16,392 bases of DNA from a virus (lineage: Duplodnaviria > Heunggongvirae > Uroviricota > Caudoviricetes), in IMG/VR virus record IMGVR_UViG_2541047751_000017; one strand, 5' to 3'. The notes under the pieces are model-generated. The model had not been told where the DNA came from. It saw only the letters and a program-made list of their open reading frames with translations, and did not search any database. Below are positions 6,056-14,586 of this stretch, one piece after another (position 1 is the first letter of the stretch; every line of letters starts with the position of its first letter). The position numbers were made by a program, and so were the translations under genes.

Positions 6056-8815
6056 TCATTCTTCAGATGAGTTATAATCTCCTGGCTGGTAATTGAGTAC
6101 ATAAACGTTTATTTGTCGTCCCTGAATACGTGGTGATTTTCTTTGGTATCCACGACCGCTGTTTGGTGGGGTTAGCATCCCGGCTTTTTTCAACACTTCA
6201 GCAAACTGTTTTGCGTTGAAACCACATGCGATCTCCTTTTCAAATGTGGCCGGGAATGTGTAGAAAATCATTGGGCTTTCGTCATGTTCTCCACGCTGAC
6301 GGTATCCGGCTAAATCTTTGATGGGCAAATCTGCCGGGCTGTATGGAAATGGTGCAAAACGGCTAAGCCCATAGGCATTAAGAAATGCCTCCGTTTGTTC
6401 AATAATCTGCTGATGCTCTTTGTTACCTGTGCCGAACTCACGCAACCATGCGTTATAGCTGTGCTGTATCGCATCACGGCATGTCTGAGCATCCCAGCCT
6501 GTTACAACCTCGCCTAACAACAATGCGGCCTCCAGAATGGCAAATCGCGCGGCTACACGGTGAACCTGCTCACCATAATCGGATGGGATCAGGCTTCTCC
6601 ATCTGCTTTCGCAATCACGAACGGTTTTAATAGCCTGTTGCTGGTGGTCTGCCAGCCATTTAATCCACTCACGCCCGGACGCGCCGTGGTGATGCTGGTA
6701 AGCGTCTTTCAGTGCGTCTGCGTGCTGTTTTCCGTTCTGGTAATCGTGAAAGCGTACTGCTTTACTCAACGGAATATTCAGCAGTCGCACCAGTTGCCCG
6801 GCTTTGGTTTTTCGCCCGGAAGTAGCGATAAATGTTTCTAAATCCATTTCTCCGGTGCTGATTGCCACTGTACGCCAACGTTTTAGATCCCGGTTTCCAC
6901 CATCTTTAGCGCCTTGCAGTTTCCCTACACCGTTAAATAACGCATAGGCAGACTGTGAAACGCTGACAGGATCAGCGCCCTGACCAACTTCATCAAGCGG
7001 CATTAGTCCGTCATTGTGGGCGGCGGCCTCATTTGCCAGCCCCAGCGCGGTTCCGTACCACGTCAGCCGCAGTAAATCAGGGTTGCCGTATAAGCTGCTC
7101 GCCACGTTTGCCGTGGTGGTCTTACCTGCGCTCGACTGCTCATAGAAATGAATGCCGAACCCGTCAGCGCCCACCAGCCCAATCAATGGCGCTGCCAGTG
7201 CTGCGCCGATCCCGGTCATCATTGAATAGTTACCAAAGGCCAGACGCGCCACGTTATCACGCCAGCTTTTCGCGCTCCCTGAGACGGTATATCCGGCTGC
7301 GGCTGAGCTTCTCCCGCTGAACAGCACAGGATTTTCAGGTGTTCCGATGATTTCCCCATCAGGCATGATGTACGCTCCGCATTGCCAGCCAGTGGCATGA
7401 GCAACACGCCACAATTCACGAGAGCCACTGCGTTGTAGCCAGTCTGCCAGTATTGCTCTGAGGCTGCTTTTGGTCGTGACATTTACCCCACCAGCTTTAA
7501 GTGTGCGCCATCCTTCACGTTCACCAATATCAGCCAGTGGAATGGCAGCGGTTGTCGGCGTTTCAGAACCAAACGACAGCCAGCGAAGAATGAGATACTG
7601 GTCTTTATCGTCTCTGCCAGTACCGATAACGCTTAACGGAGAACATAACCAGCTTTCGTTATTGATGATTTCTCCACTCTGGCTGTCAGCTCTCGGAGAT
7701 ACCCAATAAATACCATCCTCGCGGCTTTCTATTCTTGGTTTCAGTGGGTCGGTATCCATAACCTTAAAATCGCTTCCCTCAATGGTCTGTGGCTCCTGTT
7801 TCACGCCATTACCCTGTGGTTGGTACATTGACTTATTGAACGCTTCTGTGGCGCATTTAATGCCGTGTTTTTGGTGGTAATCATTCCAGTCTGCTTTGTG
7901 ATCTGTCGGGGGTAATGCCACCCATCCAGAAACAGATAAAGCTGCTTTTTCTGCTGCTATTCTCCCCGTGTTTTGTCTTCCTTCGCTGTGGTCGTTATCC
8001 GCAGCAATGATGATTTGTGCTGAAGGAAATTTATCCCGCAGTACCTGGGCGACATATAACAGGTTCCCGGCATCAATCGCCGCCACTGTCAGCGCCTCTG
8101 GACGAATTAAATGGGCAGATAATGCCGTTGCCAGCCCTTCTGTAATTAAGATGCTCTGTGTTGTTTCTGGCGCGTTTATGGCGTGATATGCCCCCCGCTT
8201 TGCTGAACCTCTCAGGAGTCTTTTTTCACCATGTGAGGTAATAGTCTGTGCTGCTGTGACTGCGCCGGATTTATCCACCAGCGCCAGCAACAGAGATCCA
8301 TCGGGCAACACGGGGAATGTAAAATCACCTACCCCTTTCGCAACCAGATAATCAGATTTGCCGTTTACAGCCTTTCTGCGCATGTCATCAAACTGACGGG
8401 AAAACGTATCCCGTCTTTGTTGTTCGTCCTTCTCTGCCCTTTTCAGGCGCTCCTGTTCGCGTCGCTGGCGCTCGGTTTCCAGTTGTTCCCGTTTCTGGCT
8501 GGTGGCTTCTGGTGTTTCCGTTGTCCGGTAATCAATACCCAGAACATCAGCGGCAAGAAGCGCCGCCTCTGTTGTGTCGCAGTTATTTACGCGTTTAATT
8601 AAATCCAGCCCATCACCAGCGCCGCACTGATTACAGATGAAGCTACCGCGCCCGTTGTCATCGAACCGGAATCGATCTTTGCCCCCACATGCAGGGCAGG
8701 GAGCATGACGGCGCGGAGAGTCAGGGACATTTATGTTCAGGCAGCCCAGCACATGAGGCCAGTTGTTTTCAGACGCACTGATAACCTGACGGATAAGATC
8801 AATGTTTCGCATCAC
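6056..8815 (-). CDS. Primase-helicase, P4 alpha-like (zinc ribbon, TOPRIM-type primase domain, P-loop NTPase domain)
   Basis: 919-aa ORF. N-terminal CPACGG...CNQCG zinc-binding motif, ITEGLATA (EGYATA-like) and AADNDH TOPRIM-type motifs, Walker A SSAGKTT, charged coiled-coil linker (ERQRREQERLKRAEKDEQQRRD). Track start is GTG at 8815; ATG at 8812 is an alternative. Confidence 0.85.
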   Translation of the reverse strand: MMRNIDLIRQVISASENNWPHVLGCLNINVPDSPRRHAPCPACGGKDRFRFDDNGRGSFICNQCGAGDGLDLIKRVNNCDTTEAALLAADVLGIDYRTTETPEATSQKREQLETERQRREQERLKRAEKDEQQRRDTFSRQFDDMRRKAVNGKSDYLVAKGVGDFTFPVLPDGSLLLALVDKSGAVTAAQTITSHGEKRLLRGSAKRGAYHAINAPETTQSILITEGLATALSAHLIRPEALTVAAIDAGNLLYVAQVLRDKFPSAQIIIAADNDHSEGRQNTGRIAAEKAALSVSGWVALPPTDHKADWNDYHQKHGIKCATEAFNKSMYQPQGNGVKQEPQTIEGSDFKVMDTDPLKPRIESREDGIYWVSPRADSQSGEIINNESWLCSPLSVIGTGRDDKDQYLILRWLSFGSETPTTAAIPLADIGEREGWRTLKAGGVNVTTKSSLRAILADWLQRSGSRELWRVAHATGWQCGAYIMPDGEIIGTPENPVLFSGRSSAAAGYTVSGSAKSWRDNVARLAFGNYSMMTGIGAALAAPLIGLVGADGFGIHFYEQSSAGKTTTANVASSLYGNPDLLRLTWYGTALGLANEAAAHNDGLMPLDEVGQGADPVSVSQSAYALFNGVGKLQGAKDGGNRDLKRWRTVAISTGEMDLETFIATSGRKTKAGQLVRLLNIPLSKAVRFHDYQNGKQHADALKDAYQHHHGASGREWIKWLADHQQQAIKTVRDCESRWRSLIPSDYGEQVHRVAARFAILEAALLLGEVVTGWDAQTCRDAIQHSYNAWLREFGTGNKEHQQIIEQTEAFLNAYGLSRFAPFPYSPADLPIKDLAGYRQRGEHDESPMIFYTFPATFEKEIACGFNAKQFAEVLKKAGMLTPPNSGRGYQRKSPRIQGRQINVYVLNYQPGDYNSSEE

Positions 8816-9170
8816 CGTACCCCACGTGGTCTATAGCGTTTGCGATATGGCTAACCAGCATCTGCCACTTGGTTATTCCGTAATCAGTCAGCATGCCATC
8901 ATTGTTTAGCCACATATCAAATTCAGCGGTTGTCGCAAGTTTCCACTTATCGCCGTGGACAGTCCTCATTGCTGGGTACATGAATGCGCAAATCAGATCA
9001 CAAACATCTGACGGCTTCAGAGATGTAGTAATGATGCGTCCCTCTGGCGTCTGAATTGCCATTTTCTCTTCACCAGTAGAATGAAGGTTATGAATCCACA
9101 CAGCACCAGCAATCTTTGCCACCTGCTCTCCGATTGCGGAGCTAAGCGCCATTTCTGCATTTTCACGCAT
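8799..9170 (-). CDS. Hypothetical protein (123 aa), primase-operon member
   Basis: ATG at 9170 preceded by GGAGG at 5-nt spacing; overlaps the upstream gene stop by 8 nt and the primase start. Confidence 0.55.
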   Translation of the reverse strand: MRENAEMALSSAIGEQVAKIAGAVWIHNLHSTGEEKMAIQTPEGRIITTSLKPSDVCDLICAFMYPAMRTVHGDKWKLATTAEFDMWLNNDGMLTDYGITKWQMLVSHIANAIDHVGYGDAKH

Positions 9171-9504
9171 GAGAACCTCCCGCTACAGTTGCGCCCATGT
9201 CATTAACCATGCTTTGCCATATCTCACGCCCGACGTCAGTCAATCCGTCCTTAGTGACGCAACGATCAAGAAGCTCGATCCCCACGGTTTCCCACTGCGG
9301 GTAGAACACTTTCATGGCTGCCAGTGTGTAGCTATCGATCAGGCTGCGAACGCCTTTTACTCCATTGACGATTTCCACACGGACGGCCTCGCCGTCCGCA
9401 TCAACCATGAAATAGTCCCCGCCGCTGGTGGAGGTAATGTGGTTATACAGTGCCGACGCATACTTATTTGCCAGCGCATTCAGTCGGAAATTTTTAGTAA
9501 TCAT
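9163..9504 (-). CDS. Hypothetical protein (113 aa)
   Basis: ATG at 9504 with AGGA-type RBS; 10-nt gap from upstream gene; stop overlaps the next start. Confidence 0.55.
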   Translation of the reverse strand: MITKNFRLNALANKYASALYNHITSTSGGDYFMVDADGEAVRVEIVNGVKGVRSLIDSYTLAAMKVFYPQWETVGIELLDRCVTKDGLTDVGREIWQSMVNDMGATVAGGSHA

Positions 9505-9514
9505 GGCTCCATCC

Positions 9515-10117
9515 TCAGTGCGTCACTGGTTCCGCTGGCATGCCGTTTTCATTCAGTTCAGCTATAAAGCTGTTGTGAAGTTCAGCAAGCGTTTCACGAC
9601 CAAATGGAGTCAGTGCTCCTTGTTCCACATCCATCATGGCTCTGTAGAAAATGATGGCGCGTTCTGTGCCAGACTCGATGCCAAAACGTTCTATCATCGC
9701 GCCCTCAATGTTGTTTGCCATAGCGAGGCGCTCTGCTACTGGATACAGCGGCATGGCGACGATGCCGTTGGAATAAACAGCCACTTCGGAAGGATTGCCA
9801 GTATCATCAATGATGCTGACAGTGCCGTTTTCCTCTCTCATTTCCAGCATGAATACTGTTGCGATCAGCCATCTCCACATAATGACGTTATGCTGTGATG
9901 TGTAATCGAAATATCCCTGGTTGCCGCCATCGGCTATAGCGAGATGTATTGACATACCTTCATCTGGTTTATCGTCATAATCCCCGGCATCCAGACGATT
10001 TACGGCATCAATATATGAGACGGCCTCAACGCGTTCTGTCATGCCATCGTTGCTGCGGTACATGATGTTTACGCCGTCAGGCGTTGCTTCTGCATGGAAA
10101 GTTAAGAAATTATTCAT
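9515..10117 (-). CDS. Hypothetical protein (about 200 aa from ATG at 10117; track ORF extends to a TTG at 10222)
   Basis: ATG at 10117 preceded by GAGG at 6 nt and overlapping the upstream gene stop by 8 nt, matching the coupling pattern of neighbours. Start at 10222 or at the ATG at 10150 cannot be excluded. Confidence 0.5.
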   Translation of the reverse strand: MNNFLTFHAEATPDGVNIMYRSNDGMTERVEAVSYIDAVNRLDAGDYDDKPDEGMSIHLAIADGGNQGYFDYTSQHNVIMWRWLIATVFMLEMREENGTVSIIDDTGNPSEVAVYSNGIVAMPLYPVAERLAMANNIEGAMIERFGIESGTERAIIFYRAMMDVEQGALTPFGRETLAELHNSFIAELNENGMPAEPVTH

Positions 10118-10331
10118 GTTTCGCCTCGCCTGAATGATTCTGTAACTCATATTTGCCCAACAATTCGTCTGCTTCCTGAATAGCTTCTGGTACGCCATTG
10201 AGCAGTGACATAACCGCGCCAATCATTAACTTGTCTCTGTTGCTGGGGCTGGCCCCTTCAAGCCAGAACCCTAAAACAGTCTGAACCTGTTCGATGCGAC
10301 ATTGCGCTTCAATGAGCTGGATGTTGGTCAT
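10110..10331 (-). CDS. Hypothetical small protein (73 aa)
   Basis: ATG at 10331 with GGAGAG RBS at 6 nt; ATGA overlap with the upstream gene. Confidence 0.5.
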   Translation of the reverse strand: MTNIQLIEAQCRIEQVQTVLGFWLEGASPSNRDKLMIGAVMSLLNGVPEAIQEADELLGKYELQNHSGEAKHE

Positions 10332-10591
10332 TTCGCACTCTCCGCATCGATTAAACTGATATCTATCAGAGAGGTAACTTTTTGTAGCCAGCTAGTGATT
10401 ACTGTCGCCTGTTCCCCTCCCACCGATGGAAGAATCTCATTCATCACATGAACCAGACCTGTGCGCGCCCTGGTAAGCCGTTCAGTCGTGCGATCTGCAA
10501 GAGTGAATGTGTCTGGATATGGCTCTTCACGGCTCAGCAATGATTCAATTTCCAGCTCACACGGATGACGATAAATTAAGTTGATATTCAT
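10328..10591 (-). CDS. Hypothetical small protein (87 aa)
   Basis: ATG at 10591 with GGTGGTG RBS; ATGA overlap with the upstream gene. Confidence 0.5.
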   Translation of the reverse strand: MNINLIYRHPCELEIESLLSREEPYPDTFTLADRTTERLTRARTGLVHVMNEILPSVGGEQATVITSWLQKVTSLIDISLIDAESAK

Positions 10592-10782
10592 TTTTCACCA
10601 CCAAGAATTACCAGCTCTGCACGGGCATCGTTAACCAAAGATGAGCACGCTTTAATCGCATCCACGACATCAGCAGCGTCCATTTCTTCAGCCGAAAGAC
10701 TGACAGCAACCAGGACAGCCGCTGCTTGCTCGATTAATTGAAGTGCGGACGTAAGGCGAGGGGCATTAATTGAGTTATTCAT
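10588..10782 (-). CDS. Hypothetical small protein (64 aa)
   Basis: ATG at 10782; 8-nt overlap with the upstream gene. Confidence 0.5.
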   Translation of the reverse strand: MNNSINAPRLTSALQLIEQAAAVLVAVSLSAEEMDAADVVDAIKACSSLVNDARAELVILGGEK

Positions 10783-10993
10783 TGGTTGCCCCCGTTTTTA
10801 CTGGCATTTCGCCACCTTCCAGCAGGAAATGAACGTCACGAACGGCGAGATCCAATATCGCGAGTAACGCCTTCAGTCTTTCGTCTCGTGAGGGAGAGTT
10901 GCTCACCAGAATGTCGTTAATCACTTCTGTCAGTGTGATGATCTGGCTTGTGCGTTCGAGGGGATCCATATGCACATCGTAGGTTTTAATCAT
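10775..10993 (-). CDS. Hypothetical small protein (72 aa), short form of the 355-codon open frame
   Basis: Internal ATG at 10993 preceded by a near-ideal GGAGG at 6 nt. The residues just upstream in the long frame (AWRWH) look like an RBS read as codons rather than protein. Confidence 0.5.
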   Translation of the reverse strand: MIKTYDVHMDPLERTSQIITLTEVINDILVSNSPSRDERLKALLAILDLAVRDVHFLLEGGEMPVKTGATNE

Positions 10994-11842
10994 GTGCCAC
11001 CTCCATGCGGATACGACCAGCAAAAAAGCAGACGTGATCGCGCACCAGAGAACGGCGAGCATCGCGTTCAGACTCGGCAGCAATATGATGAATTTTGGCG
11101 GTAATTGTCGGGCAATCGCGGCGAACTGCGGCGATAATCCAGATAAATTGCGGTTTTTGGGTAGGGGTAGTAGCCAGCATGTGGCAGCCTCCATTCGATA
11201 GCATGTAACGCTACCACCGGAAACGCCAATTTCGCTGGTGGTAGCCCAGACAGGGTTGGCGTAACCGGCTCGAATGGATACCGGCGCTTCCGAAGAAGCC
11301 CCTGCCTGAGCCACCATTGATTGACAAAGGCGCTGGATTATACACCAACGCCCAAAAAATGGGTGAGTCAGACCTACGACATAAAAAAAGACGCTCGGCG
11401 CGTCATATGTCGCCATTCGATTTACCAGGACGCCAATCCCGGCACCCGTTTTATGAGGTGCCTTATAACCATAAACCGTGTTGCCGCATAACGGCAAGCT
11501 CTTTTTTATGGACTCCGAAAACTCACTATTGGAAGAACCAGAAGCACAGTACATCGCGCTCATTTCGTTAACGTCACGCGCGTGGACGAAGGTTTTTGTG
11601 GAGTCACTACGCGAGCAGAGAAAGCCATCTACGACCAGAAATTCTCTGGCGCAGCCGCTGACCTTCTCAACGCTAACACCATCGACCGTAATTTCTGACA
11701 TAGTTAAGGCATCCGCTCCTACCACCAGCAAATGATAAACTTTGCTTGTATCTGCTGTATTAATGCCTGACTTTGCCGTCATATTGCTGGATTTTGGCGA
11801 CATACCAGCCAGTGAAAATGTCTTCTTCTGGGCGGTTAGCAT
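10775..11842 (-). CDS. Alternative long form: 355-codon open frame from a strongly initiated ATG at 11842; possibly a fused or frameshifted gene
   Basis: ATG at 11842 has GGAGG at 7 nt and overlaps the stop of the upstream 60-aa gene. The frame stays open for 355 codons, but residues encoded between about 11000 and 11250 are Trp/Cys-rich and not protein-like. Confidence 0.25.
   Translation of the reverse strand: MLTAQKKTFSLAGMSPKSSNMTAKSGINTADTSKVYHLLVVGADALTMSEITVDGVSVEKVSGCAREFLVVDGFLCSRSDSTKTFVHARDVNEMSAMYCASGSSNSEFSESIKKSLPLCGNTVYGYKAPHKTGAGIGVLVNRMATYDAPSVFFYVVGLTHPFFGRWCIIQRLCQSMVAQAGASSEAPVSIRAGYANPVWATTSEIGVSGGSVTCYRMEAATCWLLPLPKNRNLSGLSPQFAAIARQLPPKFIILLPSLNAMLAVLWCAITSAFLLVVSAWRWHMIKTYDVHMDPLERTSQIITLTEVINDILVSNSPSRDERLKALLAILDLAVRDVHFLLEGGEMPVKTGATNE
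11208..11245. promoter_or_regulatory. Inverted repeat GCTACCACC / GGTGGTAGC with 18-nt spacer, possible RNA stem-loop or operator
   Basis: Perfect 9-bp arms at 11210-11218 and 11237-11245; no adjacent U-run, so not a classical terminator. Confidence 0.25.
11481..11508 (+). terminator. Plus-strand terminator-like hairpin, antisense to the main operon
   Basis: Stem TTGCCG (11481-11486) / CGGCAA (11492-11497), 5-nt loop, 4-nt spacer, then T6 (11503-11508). A TTGACA hexamer sits at 11321-11326 without a well-spaced -10. Confidence 0.25.
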
Positions 11843-12018
11843 TTGTTAACCTCCGCGAACTCCTTCATGAAACGTGCCAGCGGTTGTACGCATGGCGATT
11901 GATACCCGTCGCGATAAAACGTCACTCGGTTGTGAGACACGCTTTCGACAGTAACGAGTGCTCCGTGGGCATCTTTGTAGCGTTTTTGAGGTTGTGGTGT
12001 TCCTGTCGGCTTAAACAT
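11836..12018 (-). CDS. Hypothetical small protein (60 aa from the ATG overlapping the antirepressor stop)
   Basis: ATG at 12018 overlaps the stop of the 277-aa gene (ATGTTTAA arrangement). The track ORF extends upstream to 12105, but that extension overlaps the preceding gene. Confidence 0.45.
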   Translation of the reverse strand: MFKPTGTPQPQKRYKDAHGALVTVESVSHNRVTFYRDGYQSPCVQPLARFMKEFAEVNKC

Positions 12019-12844
12019 GGACCGCCTCCAGACGCTTGGCGAGCCAGCGTTGCGACAGGCGGGTGAGTTCTCCTTTACGCTGCTCATATTCCATGCCCAT
12101 ATCAATTAACGTGATATTGGTGCTTTCGAGATATGAGAGGTGCTCAAGCTGTTCTGCGTTCATATGGTCGCGAGGTTCGCCAGAATAGCCATTTATCCGC
12201 GCCCACTGCTTAGCAGTTAGCCCACCAAGAACGATACGAGAAATCATATTGCTCTCGTTTGTGTAGTGGTGTTGCTGCGTCGTTTTACCCATCTCGGCAC
12301 GGGCCATATTCAGCGCATCGCACATTGGCTTAAAGTTGTTTGCGGCACTGATACGGGCTTTTAGCTGGCGACGATAGCGGGCGGCGATTTCAGGCACGCT
12401 ACGCTGTAATTCTTCCTCGCACTGGATGAAATAACGGCGGATAGCGCGCCCCTGATCATTGCGTTCGATCATTGCCAGTTCTTTCGCCATTCCGACACTT
12501 AACAGATAGTCTTTGCCGGGTCTGCCAGACTGCTTAATCTTGCTGTAAGCCGCGTCATTCGGGCTTTTCCCCAAATTTGGGGAAATTGTTTTATGGACTG
12601 AGTAATCGTGCCCAATGGTGAAGTCATATTCAGAGATGCGATCAGTGATCCATGTAGAGAAGTCTTTTCCCACGCCCAACGCTTTGTGTAACGCTTTTGC
12701 GCTAACAATATTGGTTTCACGCCCACCGATATGACCAGGAATAACCGGGACAATTGCGGCAAATTCATTACCGTTAATTGTGCCCAGAGAGGCGTTCAGA
12801 TGAGGGGCGGCCTCAGAAATTAATCTGCTTTTTTCGATGTTCAT
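12011..12844 (-). CDS. Phage antirepressor-like protein, AntA/AntB N-terminal domain type
   Basis: 277-aa ORF; GGAG RBS 8 nt upstream. N-terminal segments SAKALHKALGVGKDFSTWITDRISEYDFTIGHDY and DYLLSVGMAKELAMIERNDQGRAIRRYFIQCEEEL match, from memory, the conserved AntA-domain pattern of phage antirepressors. Confidence 0.65.
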   Translation of the reverse strand: MNIEKSRLISEAAPHLNASLGTINGNEFAAIVPVIPGHIGGRETNIVSAKALHKALGVGKDFSTWITDRISEYDFTIGHDYSVHKTISPNLGKSPNDAAYSKIKQSGRPGKDYLLSVGMAKELAMIERNDQGRAIRRYFIQCEEELQRSVPEIAARYRRQLKARISAANNFKPMCDALNMARAEMGKTTQQHHYTNESNMISRIVLGGLTAKQWARINGYSGEPRDHMNAEQLEHLSYLESTNITLIDMGMEYEQRKGELTRLSQRWLAKRLEAVHV

Positions 12845-12856
12845 TTTCAGTCTCCG

Positions 12857-13288
12857 TTAGGCGGCGTTAAACGCGTTCGGGTAGAGTTTCAGAATGTCGG
12901 CAATTTCCTGCTGAGAAAGTCCGTTGTGATCATTTATGTTCGCAAGATGGTTAACATGAGTGATCACTTTCAGAACATCACCACGGCAGGAGAAACGGTA
13001 GCGAAGGTGTGTTCCGATACCATCAGGATTCTTTTCGTCGATACGCTCCAGAGTGATTCCAAGCTGGCGTTCTAACTCTGTTGCATAGTTACGACCAGAA
13101 GACAGACGGCAGTAGCGAAGAATGTCATTTTCTGTCCATCCCTCTATACCAGTACGCAGCATATAGACTCTGGCACGATGCTTTTTCGGTGTGCGCTTTG
13201 GTGCTTGAAGGGATTTTGTAAGGGGCGTAACATCAGATACGCGAATATCTGAATTAGCCGCCTGTAATGGGCGGTTTTTCTTTTCCAT
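12857..13288 (-). CDS. Hypothetical protein (143 aa), basic N-terminus, coupled to alpA
   Basis: ATG at 13288 overlaps the alpA stop by 1 nt (TGATG); AAGGTGG RBS at 4 nt. Lys/Arg-rich N-terminal third. No family recognised. Confidence 0.6.
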   Translation of the reverse strand: MEKKNRPLQAANSDIRVSDVTPLTKSLQAPKRTPKKHRARVYMLRTGIEGWTENDILRYCRLSSGRNYATELERQLGITLERIDEKNPDGIGTHLRYRFSCRGDVLKVITHVNHLANINDHNGLSQQEIADILKLYPNAFNAA

Positions 13289-13506
13289 CAGGCCACCTTC
13301 CCGCGGCGTTCTGCCAGCCAGTTATTAATTTCCACCGCATCAAACGCAGTCACGTTATCTGTTAGCTTCACTGGGCGTGGAAGAGTGCCATTTTTAACCC
13401 ATCTATCAATAGTAGGCAGTGAAACACCTAGCAATTCCGGCATGCGAAAGCGACGGATGTATCCAGTTGTTGGGATAGCTGATGATGCTGGCTTGTGTGC
13501 TGTCAT
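13288..13506 (-). CDS. alpA: AlpA-family phage transcriptional regulator/excisionase-like protein
   Basis: Motif RMPELLGVSLPTIDRWVKNGTLPRPVKL is the canonical AlpA helix-turn-helix signature. Start placed at ATG 13506 (72 aa, GGAG RBS at 9 nt); the track ORF extends to 13575 without RBS support. Confidence 0.8.
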   Translation of the reverse strand: MTAHKPASSAIPTTGYIRRFRMPELLGVSLPTIDRWVKNGTLPRPVKLTDNVTAFDAVEINNWLAERRGKVA

Positions 13507-13574
13507 ATGTTCTGTAACTCCTGTGATAGCTGTTGAAGTTACGGTAATCATGTGAGCAGGGGGATTAGATGTCA

Positions 13575-13603
13575 TCGCAACGAAAAATGGATTTTCGTTG
13601 CGA
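13575..13603. promoter_or_regulatory. Perfect 12-bp inverted repeat with 5-bp spacer, putative operator in the alpA promoter region
   Basis: TCGCAACGAAAA-atgga-TTTTCGTTGCGA at 13575-13603, in the 105-bp gap between the 293-aa gene stop and alpA. No U-run follows the stem on either strand. Confidence 0.4.
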
Positions 13604-13611
13604 AATTATCT

Positions 13612-14493
13612 TTATGATTTAAAAGATTTGTTAGCTGATGAGAAATATTCATCCAGTAAGCGGGAGCTTAATTTTAAACCCCTATCCAGCATTTCTGCTT
13701 TGAGGGCTTCTTGTGTCCACCTTTTAGAAGTTGGTTCGGCTTTCTTTAAAGCGTTGAGCACCGCGCCAAGCAGTAAAAGGCTTTCATCGAGGTTCAGGAG
13801 ACTGTTGTTATCACTGAGTGTTTTCTTTTCAAATTCTGCAATATTTTCTTTTCTGAATACGAACTCGACATTACCCAGCCCATCAGCAGGATAGAAAAAG
13901 GGATGATAACCATCGAGGCTAAAGTCAACAAACCTCTGTGATTCTTTGTCGTACAGTTTAGGTTTGCCATTTTCATCTGACTTGATGGCATATTCATTGA
14001 ACGCGTTCAGAATATTCACCAGACCAAATTCTGTTAAGAGGAAAGCACCTTCCATGTTGTGAAATTCACGGGGAACCTTGTCGCGTGAAAGGTCAAACTC
14101 GTGCATAACATCTAAAGATTCAGCCCCAACCATCGGTAGATCGTATATGCCATGATTAATACGAAAAACATCACTGACTCTTTCTATATCTTCGTATTCA
14201 TAATCCAATTGTTCATTAGTATAGAATTCATCACCGGCAGGAGTTCTAATTACCGCACCTTCGTTAGTATTTTCAACAATCCACTTTTCAAAAACTCTTC
14301 GTTGCGAGTTTTTGATGACTTGAGCAGCGATAGCGTAACGGCCTTCGTCCAATATCGCTGAAATTGTAATGTGGCCTTCTACAGCCAATTGCAGGCAATC
14401 GGCTACAGATACCCTTTCACCGAGTGTTGTGCTTAACCTGTTTGCGGTTTCCTCTATGGTCAACCAACTTTTGAACTGGAACAATTTGCTCAT
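13612..14493 (-). CDS. Hypothetical protein (293 aa), AT-rich cargo gene between int and alpA; candidate accessory or defence gene
   Basis: Long ORF in DNA visibly more AT-rich than its neighbours. Acidic, soluble-looking protein with no TM segment and no recognisable catalytic motif. Confidence 0.7.
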   Translation of the reverse strand: MSKLFQFKSWLTIEETANRLSTTLGERVSVADCLQLAVEGHITISAILDEGRYAIAAQVIKNSQRRVFEKWIVENTNEGAVIRTPAGDEFYTNEQLDYEYEDIERVSDVFRINHGIYDLPMVGAESLDVMHEFDLSRDKVPREFHNMEGAFLLTEFGLVNILNAFNEYAIKSDENGKPKLYDKESQRFVDFSLDGYHPFFYPADGLGNVEFVFRKENIAEFEKKTLSDNNSLLNLDESLLLLGAVLNALKKAEPTSKRWTQEALKAEMLDRGLKLSSRLLDEYFSSANKSFKS

Positions 14494-14586
14494 AGCGTAA
14501 CCTTTCGCGCTGCCTTAAAGAGTGACCGGAACAGGCGGTAAGGCTTTCCGCTTTTCGCCCCGTCGGGCTAGTTCCGGTCTGTTCGG

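Noticed and set aside
6310-8602. Eight small ORFs overlapping the primase-helicase gene
   Set aside because: Fully contained in the 919-aa gene, which has clear motifs in its own frame; several are Arg/Ser/Cys-rich as expected for off-frame reads.
9169-9898. Plus-strand ORFs of 132 and 156 aa antisense to the 113 and 235-aa genes
   Set aside because: They oppose a consistent set of RBS-supported, coupled minus-strand genes.
10986-11735. Minus ORF 10986-11204 and plus ORFs 10992-11201, 11317-11571, 11478-11735
   Set aside because: Not called as genes because they overlap each other and the long open frame with no decisive start signals; kept only as part of the coding-anomaly finding.
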